Of a stretch of DNA of 64,000 nucleotides, positions 1 to 14,000 are shown one piece after another; position 1 is the first letter of the stretch, and each line of letters starts with the position of its first letter. Under the pieces are notes generated by a model that ran no database searches, was not told the origin of the DNA, and worked only from the letters and a program-made list of their open reading frames with translations. Both the position numbers and the translations under genes were made by a program. This stretch comes from Geosiphon pyriformis uo1 (taxonomy: Eukaryota > Fungi > Glomeromycota): positions 323,779 through 387,778 of the forward strand of contig JAAOMT010000328.1 of the NCBI GenBank assembly GCA_016748015.1, given 5' to 3'.

Positions 1-797
1 GCTAAAGAAGGCATTAAAAATTCAATTACATAAGGGTCAAAAGAAAAACGGCACAAAGGACAGAACGAACTCTCACGCCTGTACTTTGGTATTGACATGA
101 AGCCTATTTCGAAATTATCATCATTTTTGATGCTTATATTCTAATTTAACCAATCAAGCATGAGGAAAATCTCATCAATTTGTTCACTTTTTTGGTTAGA
201 AATTTGAACCGATGAATGCTAATCAGTTGTTTAGTAACGCTTTCCTCAAAATGCTTATAACACCATTATCGCGTTTATGCCTTTTTTTGTTTTTTTGACA
301 AAAAAACATTTTGCAATTGTGTAATAAAATTTCACAATTGTTGATTAGACAGGAATTTTTGCAAATATTAAAAAATAAAAAATAATTCTTATTATTGTTA
401 TTTGTTAATTTAATTAGTCATTTATTAACTTAATACAGATTTATGTTGTAAAATTAAATCAATTATCAAAAATTAAAAAATATAACCAAAAAAATAGAGT
501 ATTTTATTAATAAATAATCGTTTTAACAGCTTGTATTATTATGTAATATATATGCTTTTTATATATAGCCAATTACTTAAACCTATGTAAAGACTATATT
601 AAGTTAAGTACAAAAATTTTTTATATTTAAATCTTTATCTTGGTTAAATTAAAATTATTTTGATTTTATAAAATCTAAAAATGTTGGCAAAAAATGCTTA
701 CGGTACTTCTACTTTTTTTTAATATCAAAAAATATATCTTATTTTAAATATTACAATTTTTTTTTCTGCTCAACATTGACAACCCAATAGATTGTAT

Positions 798-3130
798 TGT
801 TAAGAGTTGGAGTAACAAGCTAACCAATAGCAAAGGAAAAGGCTATTGAGATCGATGGAAATAATCAAAGGAGAAATTCAATTAAAGAAGCGAGTTGAAT
901 TTGTAAGGATCCAATGTGCATGATCAGTCTCAAAATTACAATCACTTAATCTTTTCTGGGAAATCTGAAAATAGAAGAATAGTTTGTAATTAATACTACT
1001 GCTATTATTCTATGTCTTACTTGGCAATTCTTAGAATTAATAACAGATATCATTGTGCTTTTCAATCATTTTTTTATTCAATAAATTACAAGAGCAAGCA
1101 ATTACTTTTTAGACTAATTCTAACAATACAAATTAAAAAAGAAAAAAGATAAAATATGTAAATGCCAACAAGTAATTTTTTATTTACAGATGTTCAAATA
1201 CTTGAAAATAAGGAATTGAAAAAGAAAAATAAGTAAAAAAAAATTATTGAATGTATAGATATTATTTTATTACTTTGATCTTTGACATGTTTTTCTTTAG
1301 CTAAAAAACTTATTGTTTATATAACTATTTAAAATGATTAATAATTAGGTTAATAATCAGATCAATAATCAGATTAATAATTAAATTATTAATTAAGTCA
1401 ATGATTAAATTAACAATTATGTTAATAATCAGATTATTGATTATTATTTAAAAAATTAAATAATTAATTATATAATATTATTGGCTAATATATGTAATAA
1501 TTAATAAAAACTATAAGTTTTAATTATAATATTATTTTTTTCAAAGAAATTAAGCTTTAATAAAATTAAATTATTTATAGAATATTTTAATTAAAAAGTT
1601 TTATTTAACTTAAAACTAACTAATTATAAAAGTTTTTTATTAAAAAAGTATATAATATTTGGAATAAAATAAGTTTTGTATTTAAAAAACCAAATTTTTG
1701 TATAAAAGTTTTGGTTTTTTTAACAATAATTAAAATTTTTGGAATATTTAATTGTATATAATATTCAAAATTTTTACTTGTATTTTTAAAGTTGTTTTTT
1801 AAGAGCTTTATATTTTCTATAATTTTATTAAAACAATTATAAAGCTTTAATTGTTTTTTATAAAACAAAATTTTTATTTATAAGCAAAATTTTTTTAATT
1901 GTTTTTTTAAATATGTTAAAAAACAATAATATAATTAATATTATATATTTAAGCATATATTTATTTATTTTATTACCAGTTTTTTTTTTAATAATAATTT
2001 TCTTTGGTTTAATAATAGTATATATTTTATATTAATTTTATAAAATATAAAAACTATTGTTCAAAATTTTATTAATTATAAAGAATTTATTTTTATAGAT
2101 ATTATTTTATTCAAATAATATTTTATAATTAAATTACCAATACTTAAAAAAAGTGTTTTATATGTTTTTTTTTGAGTTTTTTTAAAACTAATTTATTTAT
2201 TTTTTGAATTGTATATTATATACAAATTAATTATTAAAGATTATTCTATATTAATTTTATAAAATATAAAAATTATTGTTTAAAATTTTGTTAATTATAA
2301 AAATTTTTTTTTATTGGCTAAAAAACTTATCTTTATATATATTATTTTTATTTAAATAGTATTTTAAAATTAAGTTACTAATACTTAAAAAAAGTATTTT
2401 ATATGTTTTTTTTTTGAATTTTTTTAAAACTGTTTTATTTTTTTAAAAACCATTACTTATGTCTTTATTAATAAATTAAAAATTATATTAAGTTTTTTTT
2501 GCAAAATATTTTTGTATTTTTGTATTCTGTTTTTTTAAAAAAATATTGTTTTAATATTAATTTTTATTAATAAAGTTGCTATTTTTTCGTAAAACAAATA
2601 AAAAAATTTATAACTTATTATATTATAATTTATAATTCTATAAACAAACAAAGTTAAAAGCAATATTTTGTTTTATAAGTTTGTTTTTTTACTGGTTTTA
2701 ACCAAAATTTTATATAATATTCTATTAAAATATTCTATTAAGCTATTTTTTTTAAAAATAAAAGATAAAAATTTATAATATACTTTTGATTTTTTACAAA
2801 AATTATTAACTAGTATATTAAAAAAAGCTCTTTTTTATTAAATAAAACATTTAATATTTACATAAATAAAATTAGCAATAGAAACTGCTATTTAATTTAA
2901 AATAATTTTTACTTTTACTTATTTATAAGATAATTAATAACTATTATAATATATTTGTTATTATTAAAAGTTATTATTAAAAATTTAATAATATTAATAC
3001 CAATTTTATTAAATAGTTAACTAATAAAAATTGAATAAATATATTTTTTTTATTAAGTTTTTTTTTTGACAAATGTTATATGTTTTAATGTACTAAACAA
3101 TATTTTTTAAATTAAACCAGTAATTTTATT
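798..3130 (-). mobile_element. Degenerate 3' part of a Ty3/gypsy family A2 element: 3' LTR 798-1531, PPT, ORF3 and integrase relics
   Basis: TGTTAAGAGTTGGAGTAACAAGC at 798 matches the LTR ends at 3221 and 55958. 1532-1870 aligns with PPT/ORF3 at 56648-57000, and 2580-2740 aligns with integrase at 57830-57990. The right boundary is approximate. Confidence 0.8.
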
Positions 3131-3220
3131 TTTTTTATAAATACAGTTCAATTATTATTTAGTACAAAAAAATAAACTAAGTAATTTTAACTAAATATAA
3201 TTTATATGCTTATTATATAT

Positions 3221-3909
3221 TGTTATGAGTTGGAATAACAAGCTAACAGATAGCAAGGGAGAACAGAATTGTAGGGTGATGGAAATAATCAAAGGGGAAT
3301 TCAACTTTAAAGTGCGAATTAAATGAGTATAGATTCAATGTGCGAGATCAGTCTCATAAAATATCTCAGTCACTATTCTTTTCAAAAAAGTAACAAGAGA
3401 ATTTAAAAGTAGAGGGATAGTCCGTACTATCAACAATTGATCACTGCTGGTATAATTCTATGCTTTATGTTGGCACTCTTAGAATTCAATATCAAATATC
3501 AACTTGTGCTCTTCAGTTATGTTTATTCAAATAATCTTTAAATACTGCAATTACATATTTCAGGAAAGTGCCAACAAGTAATTTTTTATTTAAAAGATGT
3601 TCAGATACTTGAAGGTAGAGAAAGAGAAATTAGTGATAAGAGAATGTTTGAGATAGAAGTTTGTTATTTTATTTCTTTGATTGTCTTAATTCCTTACATT
3701 GATATTTTTCTACAGCTAAAAGACTTATCACTTATATATCTATTGAAAGTGGTCAATGACTAGGTTAATGATCAGGTCAATGATCAGGTTAATAGTTAGG
3801 TCATTGATCAGGTCAATAATCACTATTTAAAAATAGGGTGGCTAATTATATGACATCAGTGGCTAATACATGTGATAACTAATAAAAACTATGAGTTTCA
3901 ACCATAACA
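3221..3909 (-). mobile_element. Solo LTR, family A
   Basis: Termini TGTTATG...CATAACA (7-bp inverted repeat). 4-bp TSD ATAT on both sides. Reverse-complement homologue of 29498-30181 and 36439-37117. Confidence 0.92.
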
Positions 3910-5357
3910 ATATAATTAGTCATATAGACTAATTAAGACAATATTATACACTTATACAAATTTTTATACTATTATTTATACTTAAAAAGAACATTCAAGC
4001 TCTATATAATTTAAAACCAATAACAAATAACTTAATAATATTAAGCAAATAAACTATTTTAACCAACAACAAATTAAATAGACTACAAAAAACATTAGAC
4101 AATATTTTATTATTATTTATTAGACCATTTTTTTTTATATTTGCTTTAAACTTAGATTTAAATATTTATAATTTGCTGTAATGTTTTTTAGCTAAATTAC
4201 AAATAAAATTAACTATTATAAATACAGTCTTTTTATCATTAAAAATCAACACTGTTTTATTAATACAATTATTAAAAATAAAATTTTTATATAAGAATAC
4301 ATAAATATTAACATCTAAAGCTTTCAAAAAAAGAGTACATAATACTAAAAAAAACACTAAAAAGCAAACTTTTATTAAAAATTTTTACAGTTTAATATAA
4401 TTATACAATATCTTAGATTATGTAAAGATGTCTTTTAAGCATATAAAAACATGATTAAAAAGTTTAATATTACTATATATTAAGCACAAAATGTTTAGAT
4501 AATTTTTATTATAAAGCTTTTTTCTAATTACAATTGGTTATTTTCTATAAATTGTTTTTATTAAATATATGTAAAAAACAATTAAAGATTTGTTAATGAA
4601 TTCAGAAAGTATATAAAGTTTAAATGCCAAAATAAAGCAGTACAAATTCAGTTTATATCTTGAATAAATAAATTATTCACAATTTTTGCACTAAAATCTG
4701 CTTTTTATTGAACATAATAAACAATTTAATAAATATTGTAAACAAAAAATGAATATTATTTAACACAACCAAATTATTAATTATGATAAATCTTTTACAA
4801 ATCTTAATAGAAAAAGCCAAATAAAACTGCCAAAGACAAAACAGAAACTAAAATGAGATTCGAACTATTATTTAAATTAGTTTATAAAAAAACCATATTG
4901 CTAATTAAACTTATTATTTTAACATATTTAAATAAAATTTTTATTAAAAAAAAAATTTTTAAACATTATTTAAAAGAATATATAAGTTAATAAAAACTTT
5001 AAAAAACTTTAAAAAACAGCTTAAAATATTAAATAATTATAAATATAACAAAAAATAAAACATAATAATTAGTTATCAAATAATATAATAAGCTATAAAA
5101 TCAAAAACAAAATATTATTGCTCTATATTAAAGCTAAAAAACAATAAAGTAAAAAGTTTAATTATAAATAAGATAAACTATTTTATATTATTATCAGTAA
5201 ATTTTTACAGTTTTTAATACAAAAATTACAATATATATTATAAAAATTACTATTAAAACCATGTAAAAAAAACTTATATTAATATATTTAATAAAAAAAT
5301 TAATTAGTAAATAAAAAATAAAAGATTAATAATTAGTTTAATTATAATAAAAAGATA

Positions 5358-7529
5358 CAGTATATTATATAAAAAATCAAACAAAAACACATATTATAAA
5401 ACTTGATATAGTTTAACCAATTTTAGTTGGTTTGTAATAATTAAATTAAAAAATAAATACTGTTATGAATAAACTTGATAAGATATTATCATAATATTTA
5501 GTGTTTATAATTTGATATTAAAAACAAGTTGATTTTTAGATAAATTAATTTTTGATAGTAAAGTCAGTTATTAATCTTTAAAAAATTTTTTTTAACAGTT
5601 TTACTTATTAAGTTTTTTTATTATAAGACACAAAAATATTGTTTTTTATTTATATTGTTATAATTGTATTTTTTTTTGAGTTAATAAGTACAGTTATTAG
5701 AATTCAGTATTGTTTTTTTGATAGGTTAATAAAATAAAGTTAATATTCAAATCTAAAAAAAGCTTCTCTTTTTTACCAGACTATTATAAATTCTATTTTT
5801 AAACAGTCAATTTTTAATGTTGCTGTTTTACAAAAAAAATAAAATAAAAAAAATTTAATATTTTGTTAATTATTGTAATCAAAAATAATTGGTTTAGTTA
5901 TTAATGTTTTAAAAGCATTTATGCTAATAACATTTGGTCTGAAATAAAGATAAGTAAAAACAATTAATCAAATCTTAACAATTAGAGTGTTAAAATTATA
6001 GACTTGTAAATTAAACAATAATATTTTATTTGGTAAATTTAGAATATAAAAAATGAAAAAAAGAAAATAGTTTTTAAGACTAAAAATAATATAAAAATAT
6101 TAAGCTAATTTTTGTCTAGTTTGTTTTTTTCTATCTGCTAAAACTATTTTTTTATATACATATTTTCTAGTTCTATAGAATTGCTTTCAATTGTTTTATT
6201 CTTTTATATTATAATTAATTATTTTATGTTATTATTAATTATTCTGTATTATTTTGTATTATTGTGTATTATCTTGTATTATTTTAAGTTATTTTATGTT
6301 ATTCTGTATTATTTTGTGTTATCTCATGTTATTACGTTTTTTTTATGTTATTATATAGTTCTTATGTTTTTTTTAATGAGTTTTTAATTATTTTTCTACT
6401 TGAATAATAATGCTAAGATAAATAACTAAATATAATAAATTTTTTTTATATGTTTTACTAATAATTTTTTTAGAAATTTTTTTGTATAATATTATCTTTC
6501 AAGCAAAAAACACAGTACTAAACTATATTATATTTTTGAAATAAAGAAATATAAAATACAACTAAAATAAAACAGCAAACAAATATACTATATTTTACTA
6601 TTTATAATATTTTTAAAAAACTTAAAAAACAAAAATAATAAAACATATAAATAGAAATAATTAACTATAAAAAATTAAAAAAAAATGTATTATAAACATT
6701 AAGACAATATTTTTATTAAGATTTTTTAATATTTTTGAGGACTTTAAAAATAAAATTAACAAAAAAAAATATAGACATTTTTTTTAGTACAATTTAAAAA
6801 TATTTAATTAATTATAAATATAAAAAAGATTTGTTTTTAACAACTTTAATGTTTATTAATTTTTACAAAAAAAATTATGTAAAATGAATTTAAGAATATC
6901 TTAATAATAATTGAAAAAAACTGTTTTTTTGAATGAAATAGCTTTTTGTTTATTCTAAAATACAATAAAATATTAAAATAAAAGCCAATAACTAATTTAT
7001 GCTATACTAAAAAATTGAATAAAAATTATGGCATAAAATAGTTTTTATAAGAAAAAAAATAAGTTTATTTTGTTTTACTTAAATAATAAATATTAAGTTT
7101 TATATAAAAATTATTCATGAATATTTATCTAAGATAAAAAAAATATTAAGAAATAAGTAATAGTTTTAACAAAACAATAATTCAAAGTACACAAATTATT
7201 TAGCCAAAGTTTTTTTTTAAAAAAATATGTCTAAAATTATAGCTTAGTCATCTAATAGTTTTACTTAAATCTTATTAAAAACTTATAGATTATTGTAAAA
7301 AGAAATGTAAAAAAGTATATGTCTAAAAATTGAGATAAATTAGAATAGAATTAATAAAACACTATTTTAAAATAATAATTACAAATAGAAAAAATATATT
7401 ATATTAAATTTTTTTTAATAAAATTATGTACTTTTTAGTTTTCTAATAATATATAATTTATATCTATTAATATATTGAATAAAATGCAGTAATTATTTTT
7501 TTCTATTCAATTTTTTTTGCAATATACTG
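5358..7529 (+). mobile_element. Degenerate Tc1/mariner DNA transposon interrupted by a solo LTR B
   Basis: TA|CAGTATATT...AATATACTG|TA terminal inverted repeats with TA flanks. G>A/C>T-eroded relics of QQDNDPKHT (~7170) and WPSNSPDLNPIENLW (~7240-7290). About 1.2 kb without the LTR. Confidence 0.8.
5461..6409. mobile_element. Solo LTR, family B
   Basis: Starts TGTTATGAATAAACTTG and ends CTACTTGAATAATA. TSD ATAC/ATGC. Homologous to 9830-10846 and 16862-17888. Confidence 0.88.
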
Positions 7530-7538
7530 TATAACATA

Positions 7539-8805
7539 CAATTTAATAAGAAAAAAATTGGAAAAATATAAATTTACTAAGATTGTATTTGATTTAATCA
7601 TTTTTAGTAAGTTTTATAATGATAAAAATAGAAACAAAATATTAAGTAAGTGGTTAAATTTTAAAAACATTTTGTTATATATTAATTAATAGTTTTTTTT
7701 AAAACATGTTTTTAAAATACTGGTTTTAAAACAAAAAACACAATAATAAATTGTATTATATTTTAAAAACAAAAAATACAAAGATAAAATAAATACAAAA
7801 TAAAATAAATTTTTTTTTTTTTATTATCTATAATATTCTTAAAAAACTCAAAAAAAAAAAGAATAATAAAGCATGCAAATAATAATAGTTGATCAAGAAA
7901 AATTACAGAATTTTTTTTGAAAGTATTAAAACAGATTATTTATAAAAATTTTTTAGTTTTATCTAAATATTTAGCAATAAAATTGACTAAGAAAAGAATA
8001 AATATTTTTTATGTTATTATTTAAAACTATTTATCTAACTTTAATTATAAAAAAAGTTTTTCTAAAACAACTTCAATATTAACTAAAAAACATAAGCAAA
8101 AACGTATAGAATAAGCCAAAAAATACTTAAATAATGATTGAAAAAAAACAATTTTTACTAATAAAATATCTTTTTAATTTTTTCAAAATATAGTAAAATA
8201 TTGGCATAAAAATACTTAACTAATTTGTTCTATGTTTAAAAATCAAACAAAAATTTTTGTATAAAAGAGTTTTTATAAAAAAAAAGACTAGTTTATTTTG
8301 TTTTGTTCAAATAATAAATACTTAATTTTATATAAATATTTTTTATCACTTCTTACTTAAAATTAGAATAATATTAAGTAATAATTAGTAATTTTAATAA
8401 GATAATAACTTCAAATATACCAATAAGTTTGTCAAAAAATTTATTGCTAAAAATACAACTAATTTGTTAAAGTAACTACCTAATAGTTTTGATTTAAATC
8501 CAATAGAAAATCTTTGAATTATTGTTAAAAAAAATATAAAAAAAAATATCTTAAAATTATAATAAATTAAAAAAATTTATAAGAGAAAAGTAACAAATTA
8601 TTTCTAAATCTACTTTTATTAGATTAGTAAAATCAACGAAACAGTATTGTAAAATGATAATTAAAACAAATAATAAAAAAATTTTTTATTGATTTTTTTA
8701 ATAAAATTATATAGTATTTAATTTTTTAATGAAAATTATTTTATGTAATTTGGTATATTAGTTAGTAATTATTTTTATATTTCCAATTTTTTTTTTACCA
8801 GACTA
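7539..8805 (+). mobile_element. Second degenerate Tc1/mariner transposon
   Basis: TIRs of about 40 bp (7539-7580 vs 8762-8805), preceded by TA. Relics of FQQDNDPKHT (~8391-8430) and PNSxDLNPIENLW (~8478-8517). Confidence 0.8.
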
Positions 8806-9829
8806 TTATTTAACTGTTTAATTAAATTAAATATAAAAATCTTGATAAATTAAAAAACACCAATAAAAATTAAAAATTAATATATGTAATTTAATAATAA
8901 TAAATTTTATTATACTTTAAGATTTATATTTATATTTATTTATGCAATTTAATAGTTACCAAAAAATATAATTAATTTATTTATTTTTAATTATATTAAT
9001 TATAATTCTAATTAGTATTAATAATATATAATCAAATTTTAAATTTAACTATTTAAATCTAATTATTTAAATTAATAATTTATAAAAAAATAATATGTCA
9101 AGTAAGTTTACAATTGAATTAATTAATTTAATATATATAAATAAATAATGTATTAAAATAGGTTTAAAATAGTATAATTTAATTATATATATAGATTTTT
9201 TATTAATTTAAAAAAGTATTAATTTTATATTAAGTTAATTTTTTTTTATATTTTATGTTTTATTTTAAGTCTTAAATACTTTTTATTAATATTATAAGTA
9301 TATTATATACTTATTATTAATATTTTAAATTTTTTTATTATTTTATAATCTTTAAATATATATTATTTATATATGTTTTATTTTAACAAATAAGCTATTA
9401 GTTTTATTATTTAATCTTGTTTTTTTTATTTATTTTTATTACAATTTAGTGAGTATAGTCCAATTACTATCTAAATACATAAGATTAAACAACATCCTAA
9501 ATTAAGTATAGCTTATGCTTTTTTTACATATAATCAGCCACTTGGGCCAATCAAAGCAGCACTATATACTTAATTTATTCATCAAAGAAACATTATTTAA
9601 AAAACTAAAATTCAGCCTGAATAGACAAAATTATAATCCAAAATAAATATGTATACCCAATTTAATTTTAAAACTGCGAATTATTTTTGAAAACCATAAA
9701 AATAACAAACCAAACACTAAAAAAATAGTGGACCCATTTTATGACAAAAAGTTATATTTTTTATAATAAGATCTTAACTTGGCTGTTAGCAGTCAAATAG
9801 CAAATTTGTGACTCTCAGCAAGACCATAG

Positions 9830-10846
9830 TGTTATGAATAAACTTGGTAAAATATGATAATAACATTTGGTACTTTAAATTTGGGTTTTTAAAGAGCTTT
9901 TAATGGTTTTCTTTTGGTAAACTTGTTTGGTATATTAGTGTTATCAGTCTTTGAAAGTTTTTCTCTAAATGTGTATTTATCTATGAAGTTCTTTGGTTAT
10001 AAAACACAGAGTTTTTTCTTTATATTTTGCAACTTTTTGTTGTAAATATAAGTTATCTTCTTTAAGCTAATGAGCACAGTTGTTAAGATCTGGTGGGATC
10101 TTTTTGCTCTTCTGGTAAGCTACTAAGATAATATTAATATCCAAACTTACAAGGAGCTTCTTTTTTTTACCAGGCTATTACAAAGTCTATTTCCAGACAG
10201 TTAATTTTTCTATGTTGTTGTTTTACAAGAGAGAATAAAATAAAATAAAATAAAATAAAATAAAATAAAATAAAATAAAATAAAAATAAATAAAAATAAA
10301 AATAAATAAATTGGTATTGTCAATTGTTATAATTAAGAACAATTGGTTCAAGTTATTAAGGGTTTGAGACATTTATGCTAAGAGCATCTGTTCCAGAATA
10401 AAAGTATAAAACAGTAATTAGTTTGAAAAAAACATGGGATGATTAAAAACCATATATTGATGATTTCCAATTTCAAATAAATTCTTTATTTTTTGTAAGA
10501 TGTAATAGTTATAAGGTAAAAAAATTGATTCTTGTCTGGCTGTTTTTTTAACTTTTACAACTATTTGTTTTTATACATTTTTTTGGTTCTATAGAATTAC
10601 TTTTTAATTGTTTTGTTCTTGCTAGCTATTGCTTCATTATTTCTATTATCACTTTGTTCTTTTATGTTATTATTAGCTCTTATATATTTTAACTAGTTAT
10701 TTTATACTATAACATATTATCAAGTTTTGTATTATGTTATCCTAAGTTATTATGTGTTATTTTGTATTCTTTTGTATTATTCTGTGTTATCACATTTTTG
10801 ATTACATTTTTTCATAATTTGGATTTGTTTTTCTACTTGAGTAACA
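9830..10846. mobile_element. Solo LTR, family B
   Basis: Termini TGTTATG...GAGTAACA. TSD ATAG/ATGG. Confidence 0.9.
10236..10310 (+). repeat. (TAAAA)n microsatellite inside LTR B
   Basis: Long AATAA tandem run, much shorter at the equivalent site of the 5461 copy (~5837). Confidence 0.9.
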
Positions 10847-11041
10847 ATGGACAAAATTAATAACCAGAGCACCACCATCAGAATTAGTGTCCAAATGGCA
10901 TACTGTATCAACCATCCAATTCTTCAACACAAATCTTTTAGCCAGCACCATATACAAACCAATAAACAACCTAGTCTTGTGCAGAGTTCAAATAACCATA
11001 TTTTTTTTAGTAGACATTCCTAACAACCTCTCTTATTCTAT

Positions 11042-14000
11042 TGTTATAGATGATTATTTGGGGTCTTAAAGCAAATAACAAATCCATAACTTGGTGCTTG
11101 GTTAGTATTCTGGTGTTGATATCTGAAGGTTTTGTTGATCTGAAGGTTTTGTTGTGAAGTTCTTTGTATAATAGACAGAGATTTAATAGTTGTTTTCAGT
11201 AGCCTTTCAGAATTGCAATTTCATCAAATTTTTTTCTCAGCGTGGTAACTGGTAATCCTTCTGGTAAACTATCCTCAAATCTATGAGTGTTCTACCCTTG
11301 TTTTACGGGTCTTTTACCAGTTCTTATGATGTCTGTATCTTAGTACTTAATCCTTAATCAATTAGTTAACCAAAAAAAAATACAAAAGAAATAAAAGAAA
11401 ATAAAAAAAGATAAAGAAAATAAACAACAGCAATTGCAAATTAGTATTCAGTCAATAGCTGTGATTAAGAGCTATTGTTCCAGTGTGGTTAAGTGTCAAT
11501 TACTATCAACATGAAGTGTTAATAGTGGAGAGTGAATTGAGATGGTGAATAATTATTTATTGATAGTTATAAATAAAATGTTTGTTTAGATCAGATCTAA
11601 ATTAGATGGTCTCTAACTAAAAAAATTTTGTCTTTTCTACTTCTAGCACTATTGCTATATATACATAATTAAGATTCCTCAATTTCTCAATTCTTTACAC
11701 CAGAAATCCTGGAATTTTGGAATCTTGTGATACCTTGTACAAGAATCCTGAAATTTCTGAAATCCTGTGATTTCTTTTGAAAGGAATCCTGGAATTCCAC
11801 ATTTACTATGGCTACCCCTGATTGGCTAATTTATATGCTAATATACTTCCTATATTTTATAAGTAACATTAATCTCTCTTTTTTAATACTGAGCTCCATT
11901 GAGATCTCCTAAATTTTCTAACTCTAATTCTCTGTCTTTGAGTATTTTTTGAACTTCTTTTTCGAGAATTACTTGGGTTATTTTGTTCTGTAATTCCTCA
12001 AATTGGGTGTTGGTTATTTTTCCCATTTGGTTAACTGTAATGGAGTTCAATTCCAGATTAAGTAAGATTTCCAGTCTGTCTTGGAATTCTGTATGTAGCC
12101 AATAGATGGCTCTTGCTTGTGTAGTCAAATTGTTTTTTCCCACAAATTGTTCCAGTTGTTGCAGTATTGTTGTGTCAAATAATCGTTTTGTTTTGTCTGT
12201 GTATAAGTTCTAAATATTCAAGTGTTGTCCCAAGTGGAAATAACAAAAGTTCCTTGGAAATTTGTGTATTCACCATTTCCAAGTTTTTTTGGTCAACTCT
12301 TGATATGTGGTGACACTTGTTAGTTCTTCTAATGCTAATTTTATTTTCAGAACCATTTTATTGATAGTGTTTTCTGTTTTCTTTTGACTTTTGTATTTGG
12401 GTATTTTTCTGGTATCTTAGTATCAAATGGTTTGTTAATTGATAGTAATTTCCATATTCTGTTGTTGAATCAGTTGGAAGAGTTGTTGTGTTAGTAAGTG
12501 GATGTTGTCAGTAATTTCCATTTTTCTGAAGTCTTTTGTCACATCTATCATGTCTTATATACTTTATTATTATTCAATTTTATGTGTTTGGTCCAATGAT
12601 TATGATTGGTTCCAGATCTTGTGAAATCTCATCTGGTTGAACTAATATTCTCTGCACTCCTAATTGTGAAATATTACTGGTAGATGACGACACTATATGG
12701 TAATATGATTTTAATCGATCACTATGTGCTGCTTTGGTTAAGATTTTGTTGTCCTATCTTAATTTATAAGCTCCATTTCCAAGAAATTCTTCTATGTAAA
12801 ATGGTTTGTCCCATTTCAGATCAAATTTTCTACTCCATTGTTTTTTCACTTTGGTATAATGTAGAAGTACTTTGTCTTCAATCTTGAATTCAACTGGTTT
12901 CTCTGATAGTTGGTTATTGTGTCTTTTTTTTTGTTTTTCTTGTGACTTTTGGATGTTGTCAGCTGCTTTTTGTTGTTTGTTTTCTAGCATTTTCATCAAG
13001 TCATATGTTTTTCTTAGCAATGTTTTCTGAAAATTATCTTCAATTATTGGTTCTGTTGAATAGGTGTTGATTTTTATCTCAATTAGTAATGTTGCTGTTC
13101 TACTATATACTAATTCAAATGGTGTTGTTTGTGTAGTGTCCTGCTTCATTGTCTAATAAGCAAATAATACTGATGGTATATACAAGTTCCATTTGGCTTG
13201 GTTTTTTTGACTGATCTTGGTAATTGTTTTACATAATGTTCTGTTAAACCTTTCAACTAACCCATTTGTTTATGGATGGTATGATAATAATAATGGTCTT
13301 TTTATCTCAAATCTTTGACTTAATTCTGTCAATGTTCTATTCACAAAGTGAGTTCTCTGATCTGATAGTAGTTCTTTTGAACATCCATGTTAACAGATCA
13401 AATCTTGATGAACAAATTCAGCAACAGATTTTGCATCTGCTTTTTGAATGGCTTTTGCTTCTGGCTATTTAGTGAGATAGTTCATAGCTACTGCAATATA
13501 TCTGTTGTTTCTGCTGGTGATTGTTAATGGTCTAACTAAGTCAATTCCAATGTGATTAAATAGTTATCCTACTTTGATTGGTCTTAATGGTTCACTGGGT
13601 CTTGTTCCTTCTTTTCTCTGACAAGCATCACAATTTTAAACATATTGGATAATGTCTGGATACATTGTTGGCCAATAATATTTTTTTCTGGTTCTTTCCA
13701 TGGTTGCTTCTTTATGGAAATGTCCTGTTGTTGAATCTGAGTACATGTTGAATAATATTGTCTCTTTCTCTAGTTCTGTAATTACTTTGGTTTTTTTTCA
13801 AGTGGGTGGTTGTATTTGTTTTGGTGTTACTGCTGGTGTTTGCAACCTTTCTTTGCCTTTGTTTGCATAGGTGATGGGGAATTGTTGTTGTGTGTATCTT
13901 TCAATGGTTTGATTAATTTCCCTGATAATTGGTGCAAAACTGTAGTTTTTTGGTAAGCTGGTATATTAAAATAATTCTGTATAAAAGTTTTCTCTTGTGA

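Noticed and set aside
1-300. Possible promoter or end of a neighbouring gene
   Set aside because: CpG retention and CCAAT-like words are suggestive, but no ORF or splice evidence lies inside the window.
3751-3822. AGGTCA repeats as nuclear-receptor response elements
   Set aside because: Nuclear receptors are metazoan, so the match is incidental.
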